In this document: in pieces, positions 8,965-16,390 of the stretch
Position numbering within the stretch: the stretch's first letter is position 1
Layout: every line of letters begins with the position of its first letter
Source: Deltaproteobacteria bacterium
GTDB taxonomy: Bacteria > Myxococcota > Myxococcia > Myxococcales > 40CM-4-68-19
Direction of reading: 5' to 3'
Length of the DNA: 37,581 bases
NCBI GenBank assembly: GCA_025350525.1
Contig: JANXXR010000364.1
Coordinates: 1 to 37,581 of the forward strand
The notes under the pieces: model-generated
What the model was told of the DNA's origin: nothing
What the model saw: the letters and a program-made list of their open reading frames with translations, nothing else
The model's database searches: none
Translations under genes and position numbers: made by a program

Positions 8965-11900
8965 TCAGGGCGCGAAGGTCCCGGTGAGCGCGCCGGCCCA
9001 GGCGTAGACATTGATCTTGCGGAACGGCGCCGTCGCGAAGGTGTCTGGCGAGACCAGGTTGGCGGTGATCCGGGCGTAGTAGGTCTGGCCGGCGGCGAGC
9101 ACTCCCGCCGGCAGCGCGATGCTGGTTTCATTGGTCCTCCAGCTCGCCACGCGCACGCTGCCGCTGGTCGAAGGCGTGGGCAGGTAGAGGCGGTAGAGGT
9201 CCACCGTATAGCTGCTCGGAACGCCGGTCGCGGGCGCCGTCCAGGAGATTTTGGGCGCGAGCCCCAGGCCGGTGAGCGTCGAGAAGGCGCTGCTGGCGAG
9301 GCCTGCCGTCGAGGTGATCAGGGGCGAGAGCACCGGGCCCAGCGTCGGCACGATGGGCCCCGCCGCCGCCATGGGCTCGCGCCGGCCCACCGACACCTGC
9401 TCGACGAGCGCGGTGGCGGCGCCGGGAGCGAAGTAGCTCACCTGCCCGGTGAAGCTGACGCCGCGCCACTCGTTCCACGCAGGCGCGGTGCCGGTGTCGA
9501 GGTGTCCATACGAGAGCGGCGTTGCCAGGTCGAGGTCGCCGGTGAGGCTGGGCGCCTGGAGCACGAAGAGGCTGGGCGTCCCATGCGCGAGGGGGCCGGC
9601 GGCGGTGAGCGCAAAGGGGCTGGCCCCCACCACCAGCGCATGGGCCGAAGCCAGGGTGGTGGCCGACGGGTTCATCTGCGCGAGGAACGGCTCGAACTGC
9701 GAGAGGCTCCAGTGGACGGCGATGCTGCCCGTCTGCGCGGAGGCGGCGAGGACCGCGGTGATCGTCGCTGCCGTCCTGTCGGTGAGCGCAATCCCGGTGA
9801 GCGAGGTGGCGTTGCTCGCCGCGCGATAGGCGTATTGCGCCGCGCCGATGGTGAAGCTCCCTGCGTGGAGCTGGTGGACGAAGAGAACGTCGGTGGCGGC
9901 GAGCAGGTTCTGCGGGCGCCCGGCCGAGGCGCTGGCGAACCAGTCCTCCGGCAGGGTGGCGGTGGTCGCGCCCGCGAGGAGCGCGCTGGTGTCGAGCGCG
10001 TCCCAGACGTCGGCGTTTCCGGAGGTGATCTGGAGCTGATCGCCGGCGCTCCAGGCGGTGAGGCCGCTCACCTGCAAGGTGACGGGCGTCGCGCCGGACG
10101 ATGGGACGAGGCCGCTGCGGCCGAGCGCGTCGGAGCCCAGGTCGAGGACGGACGCCGAGGTGTCCACCAGTGTCGTCAGGCCGCCGGCGTCGAGCTGGAG
10201 CAGATAGTTTCCAGCGGGGACGGTGGGGATGGAGAACGAGCCGTCGGCGGCGAAGGTTCCCGGATAGGTCACGCCGCCCGAGGCAACCATGGCCTTCACT
10301 TGCGCGCCCGCCACGTCCAGCGCAGCGATGGGCTGCGCGCCGGTGTCGGGCCAGAAGGTGATCAGGCGCGCCCCGGTCACGGCGCGGCTGGCGACGCAGA
10401 GGGCGGCGTTGCAGGTCATTCCCGTGCCGCAGCTGGTGCCGTTGGGGATGGTCCCGTTGTCGGTGCACACCGGCACGCCGGTGCTGCAGACGATGGCCGC
10501 GGCGTGGCACAAATTCGTCGAGACGCAAGTGGCCCCGGCGGCGCAGGCGCCGCAGACGCCGCCGGAGCAGACGAAGCCGGCGCCGCAGCTGGAGCCGTCG
10601 GGCGCGTTGCCGGTGTCGGTGCAGACCGGCGCGCTCGAACTGCAGGAGATGGCCGCGGTGTGGCACGCGTTGGTCGAGGCGCAGGACGCGCCAGCGGTGC
10701 AGGCGACGCAGGCGCCGGAAGGAGCGCAGACCAAATTCGTCCCGCAGCTGGTGCCGGTGGGCTGGAAGGTCCGGTCGATGCAGACCGGAGCTCCCGAGCT
10801 GCACTCGGTGGTTGCGGTGGCGTCGCACGGATTCAACGAGAGGCAGGCCGCGCCCTGCGCGCAGGCGCCGCAGACGCCGCCGTTGCAGACCAGGCCCGCG
10901 CCGCAGCTGGCGCCGTTGGGGAGGTTGCCGCTGTCGGTGCACACCGGCGCTCCCGAGCCGCAGGCGACGGCCGCGGTGTGGCAGGCGTTGGTCGAAGTAC
11001 AGGTGGCGCCGGTGGTGCACGCGCCGCAGACGCCGGCAGCAGAGCAGACGAGGTTCGTGCCGCAGCTCGTCCCCGCGGCGAGCTGCGCGCCGTTGCCGCA
11101 AGCGGCGGTGCCGCTGCCGCATTGAAGCACGCCCGCGAAGCAGGGGTTGGGCGGCGTGGCGCACGGCTGTCCGCACGAGGTTCCCTGCAGATTCCAGGTG
11201 GCCGTCACCGCGCCGTCGAGTCCGCAGTCGATCTTGTAGGTGCCCTGGATGAGATTGGGACCAATGACCGGCGGCACCAGGTAGCTGCGGGCGCAGCCGA
11301 TGCTGGTGATCCCTAGGCTGTCGAAGTTGGTGGAGACGAAGTCGCTGGAGGCGTCGGTGCACGAGAGCGCCCACTGCCCGTTGATGCCCCAGTCGAAGCG
11401 GGTCAGCGTCGCCTCGGCAACGCTGTCGGGCAAGGCCATGGTCGCGGTCGCGGTCGTGCAGGAGGCGCTGCCCTTCGCCACCGGCGTCGCCAGCGTGATG
11501 GTTCCCTGCGGCAGGTAGGCGGCGGAGGTTCCGCTGCCGCCGAGATACTGGAGCGTCGCGCTGCCGGTCGCGGTGTGCGTCAGGCGCTCGGTCGAGTCGA
11601 GGCGGAAGGGGCCGCTCAGGTCGCGCTGCGCCGCCACGGCGACGAGACTCCAGTCGTGGAGGTCGGTGCTCTGGGTCGCGACCGTGGCCGCGTCGCGCGT
11701 CACCGCATAGGCGCGGTACCAATAACCGGTGGCGCCCTGGTACGCGGGCATGACGGCAGTGGGCGAGGTGCCGGCCGGAGGAGTGAAGGTCAGCGTTGCC
11801 GGAAGCGAGACCGGCGTTCCCAGCGGATCGATGCGATATCCGCTGCCCACTCCGCCGAGCAGGCCGACCGGGATGATCTCCGAGAGCGAGAAGGTCACCG

Positions 11901-12129
11901 CCGCCGACAGCGCGCCCGCAGGAATCGTCAGGGTCAAGGCGCCGGCGGAGGCGATGAGACTGATCGATCCCCCGGCCGGACCGATGGCGGCGCTGGCGGT
12001 GAGACCCGTCGTCCTCCCGCGCGGCGGCGGCGTCGGTCCGCCGGGCAGGCCGGGACCGCCGGGCTGGTCGCCGGCCCCGCAGGCTGCGAGGAGCGCGAGC
12101 GCCACCCCTGCCAGTGCGGGGCGGCGCAT
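8965..12129 (-). CDS. large (1054 aa) lipoprotein with tandem Cys-rich repeats and a C-terminal FN3-like domain
   Basis: Lipobox MRRPALAGVALALLAAC. The central region has four 52-53-aa repeats with 8 Cys each. The C-terminus (PKISWTAPATGVPSSYTVDLYRL...GQTYYARITANL) looks like fibronectin type III. The start lies 1 nt downstream of the upstream gene's stop. Confidence 0.75.
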   Translation of the reverse strand: MRRPALAGVALALLAACGAGDQPGGPGLPGGPTPPPRGRTTGLTASAAIGPAGGSISLIASAGALTLTIPAGALSAAVTFSLSEIIPVGLLGGVGSGYRIDPLGTPVSLPATLTFTPPAGTSPTAVMPAYQGATGYWYRAYAVTRDAATVATQSTDLHDWSLVAVAAQRDLSGPFRLDSTERLTHTATGSATLQYLGGSGTSAAYLPQGTITLATPVAKGSASCTTATATMALPDSVAEATLTRFDWGINGQWALSCTDASSDFVSTNFDSLGITSIGCARSYLVPPVIGPNLIQGTYKIDCGLDGAVTATWNLQGTSCGQPCATPPNPCFAGVLQCGSGTAACGNGAQLAAGTSCGTNLVCSAAGVCGACTTGATCTSTNACHTAAVACGSGAPVCTDSGNLPNGASCGAGLVCNGGVCGACAQGAACLSLNPCDATATTECSSGAPVCIDRTFQPTGTSCGTNLVCAPSGACVACTAGASCASTNACHTAAISCSSSAPVCTDTGNAPDGSSCGAGFVCSGGVCGACAAGATCVSTNLCHAAAIVCSTGVPVCTDNGTIPNGTSCGTGMTCNAALCVASRAVTGARLITFWPDTGAQPIAALDVAGAQVKAMVASGGVTYPGTFAADGSFSIPTVPAGNYLLQLDAGGLTTLVDTSASVLDLGSDALGRSGLVPSSGATPVTLQVSGLTAWSAGDQLQITSGNADVWDALDTSALLAGATTATLPEDWFASASAGRPQNLLAATDVLFVHQLHAGSFTIGAAQYAYRAASNATSLTGIALTDRTAATITAVLAASAQTGSIAVHWSLSQFEPFLAQMNPSATTLASAHALVVGASPFALTAAGPLAHGTPSLFVLQAPSLTGDLDLATPLSYGHLDTGTAPAWNEWRGVSFTGQVSYFAPGAATALVEQVSVGRREPMAAAGPIVPTLGPVLSPLITSTAGLASSAFSTLTGLGLAPKISWTAPATGVPSSYTVDLYRLYLPTPSTSGSVRVASWRTNETSIALPAGVLAAGQTYYARITANLVSPDTFATAPFRKINVYAWAGALTGTFAP
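10396..11175 (-). repeat. coding tandem repeat (Cys-rich module, about 156-159 nt unit, 4 full plus 2 partial copies)
   Basis: Protein residues 319-578. Unit: CG-x2-(L/F)VC-x3-4-C(G/V)AC-x2-GA-x-C-x-S-x-N-x-C-x-(A/T)A-x2-C-x-SGAPVC-x-D. Units a/c and b/d resemble each other most, suggesting a duplicated double unit. Confidence 0.8.
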
Positions 12130-12130
12130 T

Positions 12131-12964
12131 TCAGTCGCCCTTGACCTGAGCGTCTTCGACGAGGACGTCGTAGTGGTAGCCGGCGCCGAGGCTGCGGTCG
12201 AGGTGGACGATGCCGGAGACGAGCACGGTGTCGCCCACGCCCGCGGTCTGGTCGCTGGCCACGGTGAGGTCGGCGGTGGCGCCCGCTCCGGTGCCGTCGC
12301 GCAGGTGCAGCCAGTTCTTGCCCATCACGCCGTTGGTGGCCTTGACGACTTTTCCGTGCACGGAGATGGGGCGGTCCTTCAGCTGCGCGCTCTGGGCATA
12401 GATGTCCGCGATGGTGCGGCCTTGCGGGCCCGCGGCCTTGGAGACCTTGACCGGGCCGGTGTCGGCAGTCGCGGCGGGCGCCGGGTGTCCAGCGGGAACG
12501 GCGGTCGAGGGAGACTGCGGCGACTGCGCTGCGGCGGCGGCGAACATTCCGCCGCCAGAACCCGTCGGCGCGGCCCTGGGTGCGGCAGGCGCAGGCTCGC
12601 CCTGGAGGACGCCGAAGGCGATCTTCGGCCAGGTGCGCTTGAGCGTGCCGCTCTTGAAGTTCTCCATCCACATCGCGCCGGAGACGGCGACCACGTCGCC
12701 CACTCCCTTGGTGGTGGTGGGCACCGCGGTCCAGACCTCGCCGTCCGCTCCGCTGACCTTGAGGTAGCTGTAGGAGGCGACGTCGATCTTCTCCGTCACC
12801 TTGCCGCGGATGACCTCGCCGGCGGCGGGCGCTTCCGGAGCGGCGAAGGTGGCCGCCGCGATGGGCGCGACGGCGGCAGGAGCAGGAGAGCTTGGGGCGG
12901 GCTGGTTCCGGCACGCGGCCGCGAGGGCGAGGGCAGCGAGGACGAAGTTGACCTTGACGGGCAT
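12131..12964 (-). CDS. lipoprotein with two OB-fold-like (tRNA_anti/BOF-like) domains separated by an Ala/Pro-rich linker
   Basis: ATG 12964..12962 is preceded by GGAG. Lipobox VLAALALAAAC. Two similar beta-rich modules: GKVTEKIDVASYSYLKVSGADGEVWTAV... and HGKVVKATNGVMGKNWLHLRDGTG.... The family assignment is by eye only. Confidence 0.6.
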   Translation of the reverse strand: MPVKVNFVLAALALAAACRNQPAPSSPAPAAVAPIAAATFAAPEAPAAGEVIRGKVTEKIDVASYSYLKVSGADGEVWTAVPTTTKGVGDVVAVSGAMWMENFKSGTLKRTWPKIAFGVLQGEPAPAAPRAAPTGSGGGMFAAAAAQSPQSPSTAVPAGHPAPAATADTGPVKVSKAAGPQGRTIADIYAQSAQLKDRPISVHGKVVKATNGVMGKNWLHLRDGTGAGATADLTVASDQTAGVGDTVLVSGIVHLDRSLGAGYHYDVLVEDAQVKGD

Positions 12965-13101
12965 GGGTTTCTCCAGAGGTTGTCCCTCTCCAGAGCACGC
13001 GTCGTGCCACCCGGCAAGCTGCGCGGCGCAGGGAGGACAGGGAGCGGCGCGCAGGATTTGCAGGAGGATGAGCGGCGCAAGGTCTGCACCGGGCGCAAGG
13101 A

Positions 13102-13761
13102 CTACCGGCTCTTCTTTCTCATCCGCAGCGGGAACCGCGGGCCGGTGCGCCCCACCCGCAGCCGCTCGATGAGCACGTCGTAGTCGGGCACCGCCGCTGG
13201 CCCGGCGCGCAGCAGCGGGGGAGCGCCGGTCATCTCGTCCCAATCCTCGGCGGCGCTGGCCAGCGTCGCGCCGGGAGCCGCCGGAAAGGTCCAGAGCAGC
13301 CGCGCCACCACCATCGCCGCGAGCGGCCTCTTCCGGGGCGAGTCGTCCTCGACGACGCTGCGCGAGTTGCGCCAGGTGGCCCGAGCCACCGAGAACGATT
13401 TCGCCGTCAGGCCCATGGCGCCGCTGGCCCTCGGTCCGCGGCTGCGGTCGTGCGAATCGAGAAAGAAGCGAACCGTCACCGCAAGCACGCCCTGCGCCTT
13501 GAAGCGCTCGAGGAGCTCGGCCGCGTCGTCCGGCGCCAGCTCTTCCGCGGCCTCGATGCCGGCCGCATCCACCTCGGGTCCGGCCACCACTTCATAGCCC
13601 TTGCGCAGGAGCGCGGCGACGAGGAGCGGCTTCAGCTCTGCGCCCGCTGCGGCGTTGGCCGACCGGTTATCGACCAGCAAGACCAGCCGCTCCGCCGTGG
13701 CGGCAAGGGCCGCACCGGGGAGGAGCAAGAGAGCGAAGAGCAGGTGTCCCAGGTTCCGCAT
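13102..13761 (-). CDS. exported protein with TolB-N/LpoB-like module, function unknown
   Basis: MRNLGHLLFALLLLPGAALA signal peptide, then ERLVLLVDNRSANAAAGAELKPLLVAALLRKGYEVV. This resembles the V(A/L)VLP(F)xN(x)S modules of the lipoproteins at 24379 and 24887. Basic C-terminal tail. Confidence 0.55.
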   Translation of the reverse strand: MRNLGHLLFALLLLPGAALAATAERLVLLVDNRSANAAAGAELKPLLVAALLRKGYEVVAGPEVDAAGIEAAEELAPDDAAELLERFKAQGVLAVTVRFFLDSHDRSRGPRASGAMGLTAKSFSVARATWRNSRSVVEDDSPRKRPLAAMVVARLLWTFPAAPGATLASAAEDWDEMTGAPPLLRAGPAAVPDYDVLIERLRVGRTGPRFPLRMRKKSR

Positions 13762-13816
13762 CTCGACTGCACACAACAGCAAGCCTCGTGCCCGGCAAAG
13801 TGCCGCCTGGAGCGCT

Positions 13817-14761
13817 TCAGCGCCAGGTGGTCCCGGATCCAGCCGATTCCTCCTGCAGCAGGAGGGCGCTGGCGACGGCGGCGGCGACCTGGCTGGCCAT
13901 CGCCGCCGGACCGCTGCGCTGCACGCGGATGACGGGCGATCGGGCGCCCGCCGCCAGCGCGCCGTAGAGGGTGACCGAGCCGTACTGCACTTCGGCGACC
14001 ACCCCCAGATTCTGCGCCGGCCACGCCTGGAGCCTGCGGAACACCGCGCGCTCCGCCATCACCTGCATCCTGGAGCGCGGGTCGTCCAGGTCCGCCAGCG
14101 GCTGCAGGCGGTGGCGCTCTCCGGCCCGCACCTCGATCGCGATGGCCCCGCGACCGACGCCGGGCACGATCTGGACCAGCGGGAAGCGCTCGCGTTCGGG
14201 GTGCCCGAGCAGCTCCAATGAGTCGGCCGCTACCACCACCGCGTCCAGGTCGTGGCCGACCCGCTCCAGCACCGAGGCATCGCCATCGTCCAGTTCGACG
14301 ATGGAGAGGTCTGGACGCAACTCGGCGAGTTGTGCCGCGCGCGCCGTTCCCGCGGCCCCCACGCGAGCGCCGCGATCGAGCCGCGCGAACGGGGCTCCGT
14401 TCTTCGAGTAGAGCGCGTCGCGTGGGTCGCCGCGCGGCAGGATGGCGATCACCTCCAGCTTCTCGTGATCGGGACCGGGCAGGTCCTCGGCGGAATGCAC
14501 CGCCGCGTCGGCCTCGCCTTCGAGCACCGCCGCCCGCACCCGCGCGACTGCGTACCGGCCCGCCTCGCGGAAGAGCACGCGCACGAAGTGCTCATCGCTC
14601 TTCCGTAAGTGTGCCTTTGCCCGAAGCAGCGCGGCGACGCTCTGGCAGCGCCAGATTCCGGCTGTCGTACGCACTGTCACGAGGCAGAACACTGTGGGCC
14701 CCCGGCCTCCCCAGGGCTTTTGCTCAGCAACCAGAATGCCAAACAGATTGATCCGTCTCAT
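13817..14761 (-). CDS. porphobilinogen deaminase (HemC)-like ORF, strongly degenerate: pseudoenzyme or decaying pseudogene
   Basis: Clear HemC backbone: ADAAVHSAEDLP, PRGDPRDAL, LRPDLSIVEL, PGVGRGAIAIEVR, MAERAVFRRL. Cofactor and substrate motifs are replaced (GTSSxRR->GAAGTARA, RGN->DDG, GGC->AWP). The start is uncertain (ATG 14761; an in-frame GTG further 3', codon VFCLVTV, is also possible). Confidence 0.5.
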   Translation of the reverse strand: MRRINLFGILVAEQKPWGGRGPTVFCLVTVRTTAGIWRCQSVAALLRAKAHLRKSDEHFVRVLFREAGRYAVARVRAAVLEGEADAAVHSAEDLPGPDHEKLEVIAILPRGDPRDALYSKNGAPFARLDRGARVGAAGTARAAQLAELRPDLSIVELDDGDASVLERVGHDLDAVVVAADSLELLGHPERERFPLVQIVPGVGRGAIAIEVRAGERHRLQPLADLDDPRSRMQVMAERAVFRRLQAWPAQNLGVVAEVQYGSVTLYGALAAGARSPVIRVQRSGPAAMASQVAAAVASALLLQEESAGSGTTWR

Positions 14762-14870
14762 CCAATCATTGACTTCCAGACACTCGATTGGCCTGGGGGA
14801 AGGCACCCATTTCGTGGGTCATCCGGCGCAGGTGCGCGCGGCGCCGGCGGGGACAAGCAAGACTTGGGGC

Positions 14871-14951
14871 GGAGATCTGGGGACACCATACGCAACTCGA
14901 CTTTGCCTGGAAGTCTGGGGCTTGAGTTGCGTATGGTGTCCCCAGATCTCC
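14871..14951. repeat. perfect 28-bp inverted repeat with 25-nt spacer
   Basis: GGAGATCTGGGGACACCATACGCAACTC at 14871..14898, with its exact reverse complement at 14924..14951. It starts 30 nt downstream of the response-regulator stop (14981..14983). Confidence 0.9.
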
Positions 14952-14980
14952 ATGCTCTCGCTCGCTGAATGAGCCCTTCG

Positions 14981-16390
14981 CTATCCCGGCTCTCCGTGCT
15001 CTGCCAGCAGGTGCTTCTTCAACCGGTAGCGCAGCGTATCGCGCGTCACTCCCAACAGCCGCGCCGCCATCGACTGGTTGCCGTGCGCCTTCTGCATCGC
15101 CTCCAGAATCAGCCGGCGCTCCACCGCGTTCAACTCCATGCTCCCGGGCGGCGGCGCACCGCCGCTGGGCGGCGGGTCCGATCGGGGCGGCGCGAAGTCC
15201 GGCCGGTTCTGGCAAATCGACTCTGGCAGGTGCTCGGGACGGACCTCGTCGATCTCGCCGTAGAGCACCATCGCCCGCTCGATGACGTTGCGCAGCTCGC
15301 GGACGTTGCCCGGCCAGCGATAGGCGGTGAGGAGCTGCAGCGCCTCCGGCGAGACGCCGCGCACCTTGCGCTTGAGCTGCTCGTTGTAGCGGACGATGAA
15401 GGCCACCGCGAGCAGCGCCACGTCCTCAATGTGGTCGCGCAAGGGCGGGATGACGATGCGGACCACATTCAACCGGAAGTAGAGGTCGGGACGGAAGCGC
15501 CCGTCGGCGACGCGCTGCTCGAGGTCGACGTTGGTGGCGGCGACGACGCGCACGTCGGAGTCGAGCTCGACCACGCCGCCGACGCGCCGGAAGGTCCGGT
15601 TCTCGAGCAGGCGCAAGAGCTTCGCCTGGCCGCCGGCGGGCATGTCGCCGATCTCGTCGAGCATCACCGTGCCGCCCGCCGCCGCCTCGAAGAGGCCGAT
15701 CTTCTGCGTCCGCGCGTCGGTAAACGACCCGCGCTCGTGTCCGAACAGCTCGCTCTCCAACAAGTGATCCGGCACCGCCGCGCAGTTGATGCAGAGGAAC
15801 GGCTTCTGCGCCCGCGCGCTCTGGGCGTGGATGCCGCGGGCGACCACCTCCTTGCCGGTCCCGCTCTCGCCCTCGATGAGCACGGTGGCGGCGTCGTTCA
15901 TGGCGATGCGCTCGATCAGCCCGCGGATCTGCTTGATGGCCGGAGACTGGCCCACCAGCGACGGTCCCTCGGCGGCGGCGTCGCCCGCGCCCAGCGGTCC
16001 GGCCAGCAGGCGCCGGGTGGCGGCGGCGCCCAGCGCGCGCTTGACCGCCGCGTCCAGGGTGGTGAGCGGGAAAGGCTTGACGAGGAAGTCGATGGCGCCG
16101 AGCTTCATCCCCTCGACGGCGATGTCCACCGTGCCGTGGGCGGACATCATCACCACCACCAGCTCGGGATGGAGCACCAGCGCGCGCTTGAGCACGTCGA
16201 GTCCGTCGATGCCGGGCAGGCGGACGTCGAGCAGCATCACGTCGGGCGAGCCTTTGCCCAGCTGGGCGAGCGCGTCCTCGCCGGACTCGGCGCTGGTGAC
16301 CTGGTAGTGGCTCCTGGTCAGCCTTTCCTGCAGCGACCAGCGGATCAGCTTCTCGTCGTCCACGACGAGGATGTGCGCGGCGGAAGTCAT
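14981..16390 (-). CDS. sigma54-dependent response regulator (NtrC family: REC + AAA+ + Fis-type HTH)
   Basis: ATG 16390..16388 (MTSAAHILVVDDE). Walker A GESGTGKE, GAFTGA-type loop GHERGSFTDA, WPGNVRELRNVIE, and C-terminal HTH NQSMAARLLGVTRDTLRYRLKK. Overlaps the kinase stop by 4 nt. Confidence 0.92.
   Translation of the reverse strand: MTSAAHILVVDDEKLIRWSLQERLTRSHYQVTSAESGEDALAQLGKGSPDVMLLDVRLPGIDGLDVLKRALVLHPELVVVMMSAHGTVDIAVEGMKLGAIDFLVKPFPLTTLDAAVKRALGAAATRRLLAGPLGAGDAAAEGPSLVGQSPAIKQIRGLIERIAMNDAATVLIEGESGTGKEVVARGIHAQSARAQKPFLCINCAAVPDHLLESELFGHERGSFTDARTQKIGLFEAAAGGTVMLDEIGDMPAGGQAKLLRLLENRTFRRVGGVVELDSDVRVVAATNVDLEQRVADGRFRPDLYFRLNVVRIVIPPLRDHIEDVALLAVAFIVRYNEQLKRKVRGVSPEALQLLTAYRWPGNVRELRNVIERAMVLYGEIDEVRPEHLPESICQNRPDFAPPRSDPPPSGGAPPPGSMELNAVERRLILEAMQKAHGNQSMAARLLGVTRDTLRYRLKKHLLAEHGEPG

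Noticed and set aside
9128-11722. 864-aa minus-strand ORF and 604-aa plus-strand ORF (9502..11316) overlapping the large lipoprotein gene
   Set aside because: They are alternative-frame or antisense readings of the Cys-rich repeat gene, with Arg/Gly/His-rich nonsense composition. The 8965..12129 frame has a lipobox, structured repeats and an FN3-like end.
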